NCBI RefSeq assembly: GCF_006345805.1
Contig: NC_043004.1
Coordinates: 59,334,001-59,398,000, forward strand
Direction of reading: 5' to 3'
Source of the DNA: Octopus sinensis
Lineage: Eukaryota
Length of the DNA stretch: 64,000 nt
The first letter of the stretch is position 1. Every line of letters starts with the position of its first letter. Shown in pieces: positions 26,897-40,249 of this stretch. The translations under genes were made by a program, and so were the position numbers. The notes below the pieces were generated by a model, which searched no databases, had not been told where the DNA came from, and saw only the letters and a program-made list of their open reading frames with translations.

Positions 26897-27454
26897 GTAT
26901 GTATGTGCGAACACACCACAGGTATAAACACACATTAAGCTGTCTGAGATTTCAATATATGATTTGTTATAGTTAGATCAGTTGCTGGTGTCTGTCACGC
27001 AAATTTATTTCTTTATATTTCGAACGAACTAATATATAAGGAAAAACGAAACGGAGAAAGAGGGAAAAAACGAGACGAAGAAGAAGATAAAGAGACAGAA
27101 GCAGAGAGGGCGAAAGAAAGAAGGAGAGAGAAAGAGGATGGAGAAAGTGTGAGTGAGAGAGGCTTTCAGCGTTAATGTCTGCAATTATTAAATAAGAATC
27201 GTAAATGAAAGTAAATTTTCATTTCCCATTAGACGAATTATGAAAGCTATACCAAAGTTACTAGTAGTGTTGTTGCTGTTGATTAGCACCAAGTCGAACC
27301 TGAACAAGGAATGCTACGTTGAACGACATTTCAGCTGTGATTATTCCATATTTTTTTTTATATTAGGTATTATTATATTGTCCAATTTATCCTTTGTTAT
27401 GTGTTGTTCGATGCCACGAAAGCTCTGATAGTATAGGGCAGCAAAAAAAATAAA

Positions 27455-27705
27455 AAGTTAAAAGTTACCTTCTCGGGTCATACCGACTCATGAGAGCCGG
27501 CTGCCCGGTTTCCATGGTATATAAATTGCCCACCTGGACGAGACGCCAGTCCATCGCAGGATTACTCACTTTTGCCAGCTAAGTGGACCGGAACAACATA
27601 AAAAGTGTTTTGCTCAAGAACACAACGCGTCACCCGGTCCAGGTATGGAAACTACAATTTTACGATCATGAGTCCAACACGCTAATCACTAAACAATGCA
27701 CCTAC
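27455..27705 (-). mobile_element. SINE, head B + tail-1 variant ending gagaaggtaacttttaacttt
   Basis: Body gcgttgtgttcttgagcaaaacac..tccacttagctggcaaaa with a different terminal segment. Confidence 0.75.
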
Positions 27706-28074
27706 ACAAGTATACAGCAGGGGTCCATATCAGAAGGATAGAACTGGAAATATATTGTTAAAATTTATGTGCAACAAAATTGTTTTAATTTTACAAATCA
27801 CAAAACATTTGAATTTTTTTTTTTTTTTTTTACATAATTCCTAATAATATTAGTTTCAAATTTTAGCAAAAGCCCAGCCATTTCGGGGAATGTGATAAGT
27901 TGATTAGGACGCCTCAGCGTTCTGGTACGTTATTTATCAACTCTGGAAAGATCAAAGCCAAATCGACCAGGGGAGAATTGGGCTGACTCTGAAGTCGGCA
28001 GAGATTGAACTAAAAATGTATAAATAAACGAAATACGACTAGACACACATACATAAATGTATATATATATATAT

Positions 28075-28230
28075 CGTGATTCTCTCAGTTTCCATCTACC
28101 AAATCCACTTACAAGGTATTATTGTCGGCCTGAGACAATAGTTGAAATCACTTACCTAAGATGTGACGCGATGGGATTAAACCCGGAACAATGCAGTTTC
28201 AGAAGCAAGCTTCTTACCACACAGCCGCAC
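28075..28230 (-). mobile_element. SINE family C 5' half
   Basis: tctaccaaatccacttacaagg..gcttcttaccacacagcc. Confidence 0.75.
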
Positions 28231-28553
28231 ACACGCACACACATATAATGTGGGGTGCTTAAAAGCACGATGTAATTACACACTGGATTCGTTTAATTGC
28301 CGCATCAAAGTTGCAAGCGATAACACTTGTTGGCCATTACACTACATCTTAGCAATGCTTATGTGCAGAATGTGGTGATGCAGAACAGCTGATACGCCTT
28401 GCGCGTAATCTCCGACAAGATCAACTGCCGAGGATACCATGCCTGCAGAATTTATGCTAAATCGGCATTAGCTTTTACTACTGCCCGGTCATGTCTGTGA
28501 GCCGAAAATTATCTGGAATATTCTGTTCAGTGGAGCTTCGTGTTTGTCTTGAA

Positions 28554-28878
28554 CAGAGGTTCTCAACTGGGAGTCATATGGCTCCCAAGCATTCGTATAA
28601 AATTTTTGGCGGCCCACGCAACAAAATAGGAAATTGGGGATCCACAATAGAATTTTAATTTTAGTTGAGATGTATGTATTAATATATATTGCAAGAAACA
28701 GTCAGGTTTATCTGTCTAACATTCACAATAGTTCAATCTATATAAGTTAATATGCTAAAAACAAAATCTAAATTTTCAAAGAAGTACGTAGAAATCAAGT
28801 TTTTAAACATCGAATGGCTATGGGGGTCCATCAGAATAAAAGAGGGGCCCAAAGATAAAACATGCTTGAAAACCCCTG
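28554..28878. mobile_element. Non-autonomous hAT (Charlie-type) element
   Basis: TIRs cagaggttctcaac and cttgaaaacccctg, degenerate 8-bp TSD gtcttgaa / gtctgcaa (6/8). Related fragments at ~61535 and ~62015. Confidence 0.75.
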
Positions 28879-29800
28879 GTCTGCAATCTGCTCGATAACG
28901 TCACCTTTCTTGCCTCTAGTCTGCAATGAAATTTCGCCGATCTCCTGATGACCATGTTGTCACCAGCACGTAACAATATCTTTGCGAGTACTTGGAAAAA
29001 ATTCATTACCAGGTGTTAAAAATGAGTTATGAGCCTGACTGTTATGGCAACAGTAACTCAGTTTGGCATGTATCCATAAAGATCGAACGTTATGACGAAG
29101 TGGTAGGTTAGTTCAAATGTCAGATAGAATGATTCGCCATATTTATGCCGAAACTCTGAGCCTTGAGTTGAATACCGAAGGCAAATTTACTTTACTTTTT
29201 TGTGCACATATAAAGGACACTATTCTGTGGCAGACCTCTTTCGATTATTGCTGTAGTTCTTTGCTTTATGGCTTCAAATTCTGCCAGGACATTCTTGCGC
29301 CGTAGAAAATCCATCACCATTTTAAAGTTTATTTTTCTATATTTCTTGTACAGAATTCAGAGCCAGCACTGCCGGTTAAGACGTTTCGTAACCGAATGTA
29401 TCTCTGTAAACAAGTAGATAATGTTATATATATGTATATATAAGGGTTGACATCAGTTGTCTAGGAGTAAATCACTTAAATACCGACCAGATTTCGCCGT
29501 GTAAAGGAATCGAATAGACATATTTATATATAGGTCCCCACCTGGCATTTTAAGTTACTTTAGTAATCTCCAGTATGTTGCAAGCATTAGGGTAAATCTC
29601 AGAATCACTGAAAAACGTCGTAGCCACGTTACTGAAAAAAGAAAAGAAATGGAAAAAAACAAGAACCCCTTCCCCCACCAAAAAAATTAAACAAAAAAAC
29701 AGTCGATGTATTTATTGCTCGCATAACCACACACCACCAACCACGCATCAACAGATGTTTTTGATCTTTCACTACAATGCACTTCTTTGCTGTGACTCAC

Positions 29801-30038
29801 AGGAGGTCGTCAACATAAGTATTACAATCTGTAGCAAAAGTTGGTAGCTATCAGGGTTGCAGACATGCCTGCTACTTTTACTGTTCTTGGTAGTGTTGAT
29901 ACGATCGTGGAGATACCAGTTGTATATTGCAGCGCTGTTATTTTTGCAGCCATTGTTATTGCTGTTGTTGTTTCTGCTGTTGCTAACGCTGTTTATGTTC
30001 TTGTTATTTATAATCACAGTCTGTTGCGAATCATTCAT
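29801..30038 (-). CDS. Candidate first coding exon of a secreted or membrane protein (79 codons + 1 nt)
   Basis: ATG at 30038, Asn-rich N-terminus, then hydrophobic LLLQIVILMLTTS directly before a GTGAGT donor (29800-29795, phase 1). Candidate acceptor ttaatcttcgttcgtag upstream (exon start 30201). No repeat similarity recognised. Confidence 0.4.
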
Positions 30039-30516
30039 AAATTTTCTCGGCTATTATGCTACATCTATCATTCTGACAGAAATGTCCATACTCTTTCCCA
30101 CACTCTACGTGACCAAGAGCTTCCTGGACATCCAAAGCTTTGTACGAGTCATTTCTCAAAGGATCCGGGAATTATTAGATGAATAAGAATTAAATTGAGC
30201 GCTACGAACGAAGATTAAACACAAATACTTTTAGTTTAACGGCCATGAAGAATTCTGTAGCAATCTTGCGTGACAGATCTTCTAATCAATTGATAAATTT
30301 CATACACGCGTATTTATACAGATGTCCGCTTGTTAATGTATACGTATATCAGCGCGCTCGCGCACACACATATACACACACACAGGTACACAAACATACA
30401 CACATACATACACGCACACACAAATTTATATACATGCATTAATATATCTATACATAAATGCTTACATAGTTACATACATAGATGCATAGCTGCATACACG
30501 AATCGAATAGACTCGC

Positions 30517-30572
<56 letters not shown>

Positions 30573-30820
30573 ATATACACACATATATACATACATATAG
30601 ACAAATCCACAAGTGTATATTGTTATCAAAGTATCATTCTATGTATGTTTTGTATATTTGTATTTGTCTATGTATATATGTATGCATATACAACACGTAA
30701 GCACACACACACACAAATGCAGACCCATACACACAGTTTCGTAGATAGATAGGAAGATAGATAGATATGTATTTATGCTTGTATATGTGATATTTTTAAG
30801 TATATATATATATATAAATA

Positions 30821-30869
<49 letters not shown>

Positions 30870-30949
30870 TTTGCCCATCTATATATGAATACAGTGTACT
30901 TCAAGAATTATATAATATAGATGAATATTACAGATGTATGCATGCATAA

Positions 30950-30982
<33 letters not shown>

Positions 30983-31280
30983 CGTGCATGTTTGTGAGTG
31001 TGTGTGTCAGTGAGTGGGTTTGTTTTGTAGATGTGTATAACTATGTATGTATGTATGTTTGTATGTATGTATATTTATGTATGTAGATACAACTCTACAT
31101 ACACTGATGCCGTCTTAAGTCTCTTTGGTGTTTTTGATTTTGTAACATCAGAAAATGATGTCTATGGTTAGCTGAAATATTCAGTCACACACGCACGCGT
31201 AGTCCTACTGAAACGCGCAGAGACACACTGAGCCACACTCACAGCCACACACACATACGTATACCAAAAGTGGATGGATT

Positions 31281-31600
31281 GAAGCACTCCGTCGGTTACG
31301 ACGACGAGGGTTCCTGTTTATCCGATCAACGGAACAGCCTGCTCGTGAAATTAACGTGCAAGTGGCTGAGCACTCAACAGACACGTGTACCCTTAACGTA
31401 GTTCTCGGGGATATTCAGCGTGACACAGAGAGTGACAAGGCCGGCCCTTTGAAATACAGGTACAACAGAAACAGGAAGTAAGAGTGAGAGAAAGTTGTGG
31501 TGAAAGAGTACAGCAGGGGTCACCACCATCCCTGCCGGAGCCTCGTGGAGCTTTAGGTGTTTTCACTCAATAAACACTCACAACGCCCTGTCTGGGAACC
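31281..31600 (-). mobile_element. SINE, head A (5'-truncated) + tail 3
   Basis: Near-identical to 36474-36790. Confidence 0.9.
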
Positions 31601-34600
31601 AAAAGTAGAATATACCCAATTATTGCTATGAAGTACTACACCTCTCTCTCCCTCCCCCTCTCTCTCTCTCTCTCTCTATGTATATATATATATATCCTCC
31701 ACTCTTTCCCCCTCTATTCCTCTCTCTGCTACCCTATCTGTCTAGCAATATATCGATACATGTATGTGTTCGAGCGTTTGAATAAATCCCTGACTTTCTA
31801 TATTGATTCCAAATTTTCGCCTAAGGTCAGCATGTTTTGGGGTAAGTCGATTATATCGACCCCGGTGATCAACTGGTACTTATTTTATTAAATATTTCAT
31901 TTTATTAAATATTTTATTTGTTCTATATTAGCACACCCGCACGCATGGATACACATGCACGCATATACACACACATACACACACATACAGACACAAACAC
32001 ACATGCATCCCATCCACTCAAGCCCCACCCACATATGGATGGATTGTTGGCTGGATTGATGTATGTATGTGTGCAAATATAGGAAGATATCCGACAAGAA
32101 TACACAAACGTACAGAGAAGCAAAATCATACGCCAAAATGTAGGTAGATGAGTATTTTCTCTTGATATATGTATATACGTCTGTAAATGAAAGAATCCCT
32201 TTACTTTTATTACGTAATATTCTTATACTGGGGTCGATGTAATCGACTTATCGCCTATCCCGACAATGTTGGCCTTCTGCCAAAATTTGAAATCGATATT
32301 GTTACCGCTGTGAATTGTTGAATGAATCGTTAGAATAACGGAAAAGATGCCCTGCAGGATTCGTTTCGGCGTTTCTTATGTTATAAATTGCAATCCAGCT
32401 GACGCCTTTTGTGCCTTTCATCATTTAGTTGATGACGAAATAAACTAATTATCAAGCTCTGGGGGCTCATATCCTCCCTTGAAATCTACTAGCTTTGGGC
32501 TGAAATTGTAAATAGTTATTAGTTAAGGATATAGGGATGGTATTTTGCCAGAAACGGTAGAGCATCCAAAAATGCTTTCGGTATTTATTTTGGTCCTTTC
32601 TCTTCTGATTCTTCTGAGTTCTAATCCGACCCAACCTAGTTCTACCTTGCCGTTCGTCCTTCCTGATTTGATGTATTAGCGTATCCGTGATTGTGTGCAA
32701 TCACAATGCTATATGGAATACGAAGATGAAATATCATCATGGCTGCGCCAACAAATAGTTAATCCAATCGTTGCTTCCAGCATTTAGTCTTCTTCTTTCA
32801 TTCATTAAATCCAGCACAATTTCACCTCCTTATATCCAGCTTCAATTACACCAAAATATGTTTAAAACCACAGCGGTCACTCTGAAGCGATTATGACTTG
32901 ATAGCATGGGACTTAGAAACAGCTTGCTTGTAGAAGTGAGGTCAATCGCAAACTTTGCATATCGGATGCCAGTAGGTTTCAAGGGTTATCGGGAGAAAAT
33001 GTGCACGGTTGCGTGACCTTCCTTTCGATACCTTTACAGCACACCGACCCCCATTCACTGATGTGACTCCTCGGCTAGTAGCTGTACAGATTAGTATTCA
33101 ATCTTAAGTCTATTTCTGGATCATCCTCATCATTCATACTGTGTAATTGCGCAGGTTTCACTTGCCATCGAGGTAACCTATGCTTTCGTTTAAGTGTCAC
33201 AGAAAGACAAAGGTACCCTATCAGTACTCCCTTTTTTACCCAGCCTGACAGCAGGAGTAAGAAATGATTGTACCAGAACTCGATTGATAGTAATTTTAGC
33301 TGAGGGAACTAGGCAGTAACTTTATACTCGTGATCCTAACAATTTAACCACTGGTCCTCGCGCCTTACATATGTACACACTACTCAACTCAACACTGTTG
33401 CACATAATCAGAAGAAGAAAAAAAACACATATTGCCGATACAAAACTCGTAATCTGAATAAATAGATTCTCTGTATGCCGTGTTAAGGTTAAATTAAATT
33501 TATTCTAGCGTAAGTGCCACAACTTATTTAATCAATGTCTGTTTGAAATGACAGCTTGTTGTTTTTGAATACAAGAAGAGAGTTAAACATTTATGTTAAT
33601 GTAAATCTGTTTTGTTTAGACATATTGTAAAATGAGAGATTTATGACCTAAACGGATGAAGTAGTAGCGTGACGCCTATCGATTTTGATTCTTAATATAT
33701 ATCCTCTTTTAAGACATATTAAGTGGAAAGTGTTGGTACACTAAATTGTAAGTTTGGCGTTTTATTTTGTTTTTGTTTTTAAGTCTACACAGTAGAGTAG
33801 TTTCAAAATGACACTAGGCCACCAAATTTGTGGAGGAGTAAGGCGAATACATTGACCCCCAATATTCAGCTAGTACTTATTTTATCAGCGAAATATTTGG
33901 ACTAAGAACGTAATGACGGACGAGATGCTGCTAAGCATTTTGTCCGGGGTGCTATCGACTCTGCCAGCTCACCGCCTTAATCTTATACAGAGTATTGATT
34001 CTTGTTCCATATAAATCTCACATGGTTCGAATTTCAAGATAGCTTGAAATATTCCTTGATAGATAAGCCAGGTCTTGACATTAACCTAAATTAAATGGAG
34101 CTGTGACGTTGAATGTCAGCCAACTGGTAAGTAGTTCGATCTCTGCCATTAATTATATCCTATCACTTTGATGAAGATGCTTAATAATTGCTAGCTTAGT
34201 ATACATAGCTATAAATGGATGATGATGATGTTTAGACTCACTTCAATCCTGATTCAATGGACATTTGATAAAATGCATTCCAGCTATGTCCGTCCCGCCT
34301 AATTCCTAGGGAAGATGCAGCTCAAACAGCACTAGCCAATATATCCAGTTTTAACGCTCTTAGCCTGGGATCTGAGGAAGATTTGATTGCTATTTTTAAG
34401 TTGCCCACAGTTATTATATATGTTTTCTTATTCTCTGATTGCAAACATCGCCTGAAGTGAAGATTTTAAGAAAACAGAATTAAGAAAATGTAGTTAACCT
34501 GAACACACGTAAGTGATGATAACACCACATACATTGGAATACTTCTATATCCACTACACAATAATGAACTGAACCAAAAGTAGTAACGTCTGGTATTTTA

Positions 34601-35109
34601 ATATTATTACATTATGAGAAAAATAATTCTTTCATGACAATAAAGCCTTACTAACTACGTGTAGACTGGTATAAAGGCGACACATCATGACGAGATTTGC
34701 AACATGTAACTTTAGACTGAAGTGTAACAGTGAAACTATTTATCATTAAGTTATGCTTCTATAGAGAAAACTGCAGTTTGGTGACGAATCTGTATGACTG
34801 CGTGCACTGCTCTGGTCAATGAAACTACTGGCCATTTCATTCTTCTGCGACTCATATACAGAAAGTAAGCTGATAGAGAATTTGCTGCCGGGGTATCTGC
34901 TCAAACCTTTTAAGAAATATTACTGCAAGTTGTATTTTGAGAAATTTGACTTGAGCTGCCGTCCTGTATAGCCATCGCGAACTTAAAATTCAGATCTTAC
35001 TACATGTATTATATTTTGCTTTCTGCATACAATCTCGTCCTACACAGAAACGTTCATCTTAACAATTATTTTTTTTTTATCGAAAATAAGTTTACTGCAA
35101 ATATATTTA

Positions 35110-35353
35110 GTGGAGGCGCGCGACTTAGTGGTTAGGTTGTCAGACATGATCGTAAGATTGTGGTTTCGATTCCTGGGCCGAGCGACGCGTTGTGTTCTTG
35201 AGCAAAACACTTCATTTCACGTTGCTCCAGTCCACTCAGCTGGCAAAAATGAGTAACGTTGCGATGGGCTGGCGTCCCGTCCAACTGGGGAACACATACG
35301 CCATGGAAACCGGGAAACCGGGCCCATGAGCCTGGCTAGGCTTTAAATAGGGC
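35110..35353 (+). mobile_element. SINE, head B + tail 1
   Basis: 13-bp TSD gcaaatatattta (35097-35109, 35354-35366), with A- and B-boxes. Confidence 0.9.
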
Positions 35354-35399
35354 GCAAATATATTTACCTTGAATCTTGCCATTGTTGTTGGTCTGTAGA

Positions 35400-36430
35400 T
35401 TTGGACAATGTTCGACAACATCCAAACAATGTTTCGTATTAACTGGATTTCTGTGGTGACTAAATATCCGCAATAAATTAAAACTTTTAATCATAAGTTC
35501 AATAGCTTTAATATTCAGGAACAAGTATAGAGCGTTGCAATTTTGGACAATAAATTTCGGAGGTTATCAATCTTATGTGATAAGGGTGTATTTTGAACGT
35601 AATTAGGTGAATAGATACAAAATATGAAAACTGATCAACAGATAGGATATTATTACGACTATACATTAGTGAACTTTCTCACATTGCGAGTGAAATATTA
35701 TAAGGCAGTGAACATCTCTTTCACCACTTGCTTACTAATTTAGTCATCGACGTCAGAACACTGATAAGTTTGGAAATGATAACGTACAGAAAGCAGGAAC
35801 TGTTACATAATGGTTATCTTTATTTTCTCTTGTCCGAAGGCGTGAGAAGCAGAGATCACTAATAATCTAAGCTGTGTATTGTGAAAGCAGCTGGAAATTC
35901 ACGGCAATTATCCCGATACAGGTCATTTTTTCACTGCTGAATATCAACCGATTGAAGAAATTGCAGAAAATTTCTGAAGTTCATTACAAGGGCACTAAGT
36001 TCTTAGTGGCTAACTTCTGCAATAATACTGCCACTGCTCACCTCTGCTAAGCATTTTATTTTGTGAATATGAAAAGAAATCCGAATGGATAATATACATC
36101 CATATCTTGTTAAATATACGAGAACGATTTGCTTCAGTATAAGAAGCTGGTTTCACAATAATAGCATTCCCATCACTATAGTCAAACGAAATGAAACGGT
36201 ACTATATCTGCCGATAGTACTTGACATTACTAGATACCTAAAGATGTGTGGATTCAGCCGTTAAGGAATACGTATCTTTGTTATCAAAATGCTAAATTTC
36301 GTCCAAGAGATTCGTTGAAATAGTGTGAAACCGAACAGCGATTTCGTGATAGATCCTAAAATGCCAACAGATTGCTAGGTACTGGACTGCTTTGGCCGTG
36401 TGTTCTTCAATATCTTCAGCTTCAGGCAAA
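35400..36430 (-). pseudogene. Possible very old Penelope RT remnant
   Basis: Minus frame FDYSDGNAIIVKPASYTEANR resembles the PADKGNAIV...YxxEANR motif. Many stops. Confidence 0.3.
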
Positions 36431-36473
36431 ACAAAATTGTGATTTATATTTGAAAATACACGGTACATAAGTG

Positions 36474-36858
36474 GGAAGCACTCCGTCGGTTACGACGACT
36501 AGGGTTCCTGTTGATCCGAATCAACGGAACAGCCTGCTCGTGAAATTAATGTGTAAGTGGCTGAGCACTCCACAGACACGTGTACCCTTAACGTAGTTCT
36601 CGGGGATATTCAGCGTGACACAGAGAGTGACAAGGCCGGCCCTTTGAAATACAGGTACAACAGAAACAGGAAGTAAGAGTGAGAGAAAGTTGTGGTGAAA
36701 GAGTACAGCAGGGATCACCACCATCCCCTGTCGGAGCCTCGTGGAGCTTTAGGTGTTTTCGCTCAATAAACACTCACAACGCCCGGTCTGGGAATCGAAA
36801 CAGCGATCCTATGACCGCTAGTCTGTTGCCCTAACCACTGGGCCATTGCGCCTCCACT
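36474..36858 (-). mobile_element. SINE, head A + tail 3, full length
   Basis: 15-bp TSD cacggtacataagtg (36459-36473, 36859-36873). Confidence 0.95.
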
Positions 36859-37184
36859 CACGGTACATAAGTGACAACGACTCGAAAACCTAACTGAAAT
36901 AGACTCTAGTTGTTGTTAAAGCAATCTGGAATCTAGTTGGAGAGAGTACTACTTTGGATCTCTATACCAGTGACATTTAGAATATTTCTGTGAGGGAATA
37001 GAAAAAGGAAAGAGTGAGATAAAAATAAGCATATATCAGAAAATATTGTTTTTCAAAATACAAAGGTTACGACCAAAATTATTCACAAAAAATACTCAAA
37101 TTTATTATCATATGACGTTGATATTAAAGTACATACACACACACATAACGGCACATGTTTGTTTATATGTAAATAAATTTTCAC

Positions 37185-37221
<37 letters not shown>

Positions 37222-37337
37222 ACTCATATGTGTTTGTATGTGTATGCGTAAACACTAAATTTCCACATGCACACATACACACAAGCATATATGTGTGTAT
37301 ATGTGTGTGCATAAATCTCTCTCTCTCCCTTTATATA

Positions 37338-37372
<35 letters not shown>

Positions 37373-37390
37373 GCATATGTATATATTCAT

Positions 37391-37426
<36 letters not shown>

Positions 37427-38005
37427 TCATATATATATATATTATATATATATCTTTATACATACATATACACACATACATACCATACATACATACATTT
37501 ATATGTATATATACAAATGTATATGCGTATATGTATATATATATATGTGTGTGTCTATATATATCTATAAATACATATGTATATACATATATGGACATAT
37601 ACATATATAAAATATATATAAAGTATGTATATGCATATAAATATTCACATTGATATATATGTGCATATATTCCTACTTAGTTTATACATACATAAACACA
37701 CATACATACGTAAATACATACATAAATACATACATACATACATATATGCATGCAGAGATACATACAGAGATATAGACTGCTGTAAATATGAAATTGTATG
37801 ATCGCGTGAGACTATATGAATCATTTATTACCTTATATAATTCCGTTGTACCTGAATGTATTGTCTGATGGTAATTTTTGGTGCCTTCTTGAATTTCTGG
37901 AAAGACAGCAATCTATGAAAACGTCTAAAATTCTCTCGACACGCGTTCCTTATGTCTGGATCGTAAATTGTTGAAATTTCTCAAAAACTAACACACACAC
38001 ACATG

Positions 38006-38083
<78 letters not shown>

Positions 38084-38249
38084 TGTGTGTGTGTGTGTGT
38101 GTGTGTTGTGTGTGTGTGTGTGTCTGTGTGTGTGCGTGTATGTGTGAGTGTGTTTGTGTGTGTATTTATACATATGTATATATATAAATATATAAGTAAA
38201 TATAGGGATGGTATTAAAATATATAGATAGGTTTATATATATTACTAAA

Positions 38250-38281
<32 letters not shown>

Positions 38282-38919
38282 TACTAAAGTACATAGATAT
38301 ATATATATATATAGAGAGAGAGATAGATAGATACCTCTGCTCACATACATTCATATATGTAATACGTACATATATATATATATAATACATACACACATGT
38401 GTACATCCATAAATATCTGGAAGACCAAAGTATATATACATTTTTGCACGCATGCACATACACGCACACATACACATACACACACACATCTATACATGTA
38501 TGTATATTTTATGCACGTATGTGTATGTCTCTTTATAACTGTGATAACCGCGCCGTAACTGTTCCGATTTTTGATGATCATGTCTGAAGTCCCTTCACTA
38601 TTATTTCTGATTGAATTACGTTCTGTCTATTTTCACTTTGTCTCTACCTCTGTACTCCCAGATGTCTTTCGCTGTCTTCACATAACAGCATCCAAACGCA
38701 CACATACACGCACACTGATACACACAGAGAGGCGCGCATTATTCTAAAACGCATTATTCTAAATTTTGTTTATAAATACCTATGGTTTCTCTCATGAGTA
38801 CAACTCAGAATTCATTATTTCACAGCGTTTCTTAGTTTCGAAATGACTGCTATGCACAAAGTATTTGTTGTATTCAATGTAATATAAACCTTACTATATA
38901 CACATCACAACAATTATTG

Positions 38920-39161
38920 CATAATACAGGTCTATATCTAAGAGATGAAGAATTACGTACGTTATTTACATTATTTAAAGTATTTATATTGGACGGATAT
39001 TTGTCCTCATCTTGTTTGTTGGTTCTCATACCTTAGGAATGAGAACTCAGGTTCGAAATTTCCCGAAGACACCTGAAGAAGGCTGGAGGGTATATCAGCC
39101 GAAACATTGTGTTAACGACAAACAAAATGAGGACAAATATTCGTCAAATGTAAATAATGTA
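38920..39161 (+). mobile_element. Penelope-like pseudo-LTR cassette with inverted 5' piece
   Basis: 8-bp TSD aattattg (38912-38919, 39162-39169). ggatatttgtcctcatcttgtttgtt is inverted relative to acaaacaaaatgaggacaaatattc. Empty site at 39575-39582. Confidence 0.8.
39068..39113 (+). ncRNA. Minimal type I hammerhead ribozyme motif (helix III mutated)
   Basis: gacac-CTGAAGA-a-ggctg(gagggtatat)cagcc-GAAA-c-a-TT-gtgtt: helix I gacac/gtgtt, 5-bp helix II, catalytic core intact. The expected palindromic GAAACGT reads GAAACAT. Confidence 0.7.
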
Positions 39162-39287
39162 AATTATTGGATAATAAAGATATAGTGAATACACTTATTT
39201 TAGTTAATGATAACGATCACAACAGTTAAGCTTTGATAAACACGGGAAAACAGTCGAGGGATCGCCTTAACATCTTAATAACACTGA

Positions 39288-39541
39288 CTAGAATTATCCG
39301 TAGAAAGAAAAGCCTACGAAAAATAACCTTGGAAACCTGGGCTAAAGGAAAAAATCTATGAGAGCAAAGTGCCCTCTCCCCGTTTGTTTTACAGGTTAAT
39401 ACTCAAAGTAGCTTCGTCATTCATGCGTACCATTTTTGCTACATTCACCGACCTTTTATTAAATTTTTCATTAGAGAAAACCTCCCTTCAAGTGATACTC
39501 GAAAAAGTTGAGAGATTGGCCAGAGAGGAAATTATTTGTCC
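39288..39541 (-). mobile_element. Duplicated block of Tx1/L1-type LINE 3' end
   Basis: NNFLSGQSLNFFEYHLK..VNVAKMVRMNDEATLSINL*, highly similar to 40447-40704. Confidence 0.8.
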
Positions 39542-40249
39542 CTAATGTAAACCTTACTATATACACATCACAACAATTATTGGATAATAAAGATATAGTG
39601 AATACTCTTATTTTAGTTAATGATAAAAATTACAACAGTTAAGCGTTGATAGACAAGGGAAAGCAGTCGAGGACTCGCCTTACTAACTTTAGTTTCTAGT
39701 ATAGAATATCCGTAGCAACATGTGATGATAATGCGGAATCACATCTCTTTATCACACTTATTCCAATGCATATGTCGTATGGATTCACACCCTGGAAACT
39801 TATATTGTTAAACGCTGAATGAAACTGTTTATATAAATATAGTATAGAAAGACAACAGAGTAACACCGATAGTAGGCGAAGTAAGGAAGATAAAGGGGGA
39901 TGGTAAGATACTGTAACTGAATAAATCAGTGTAAGTTAAGTTAAGAGAAGTTAAGAGAAGTTCAAACATTAAAACCCAGACAAGCGAACATGAACATTTT
40001 TTAAAAAGTAGAAAATGAACAGAAAAAAATAGAAACAATTGAAAAATTGAAGTGATTAAAAGGAATGAAAGGGTAAGATTTTAATACACTACACAAACTT
40101 CAAAATACCCTCGTGGAAAAGATTTCTGGAACAATGCATAAAATAGCAAAAATTCTCAGAGAATTCTTAAAGAATTTCGAAAAATTTTGAAGGCTTTAGG
40201 GACATGAAGCAATAAAGTTTTAAAGTGGAAAAGTTTAAAGATATATTTC

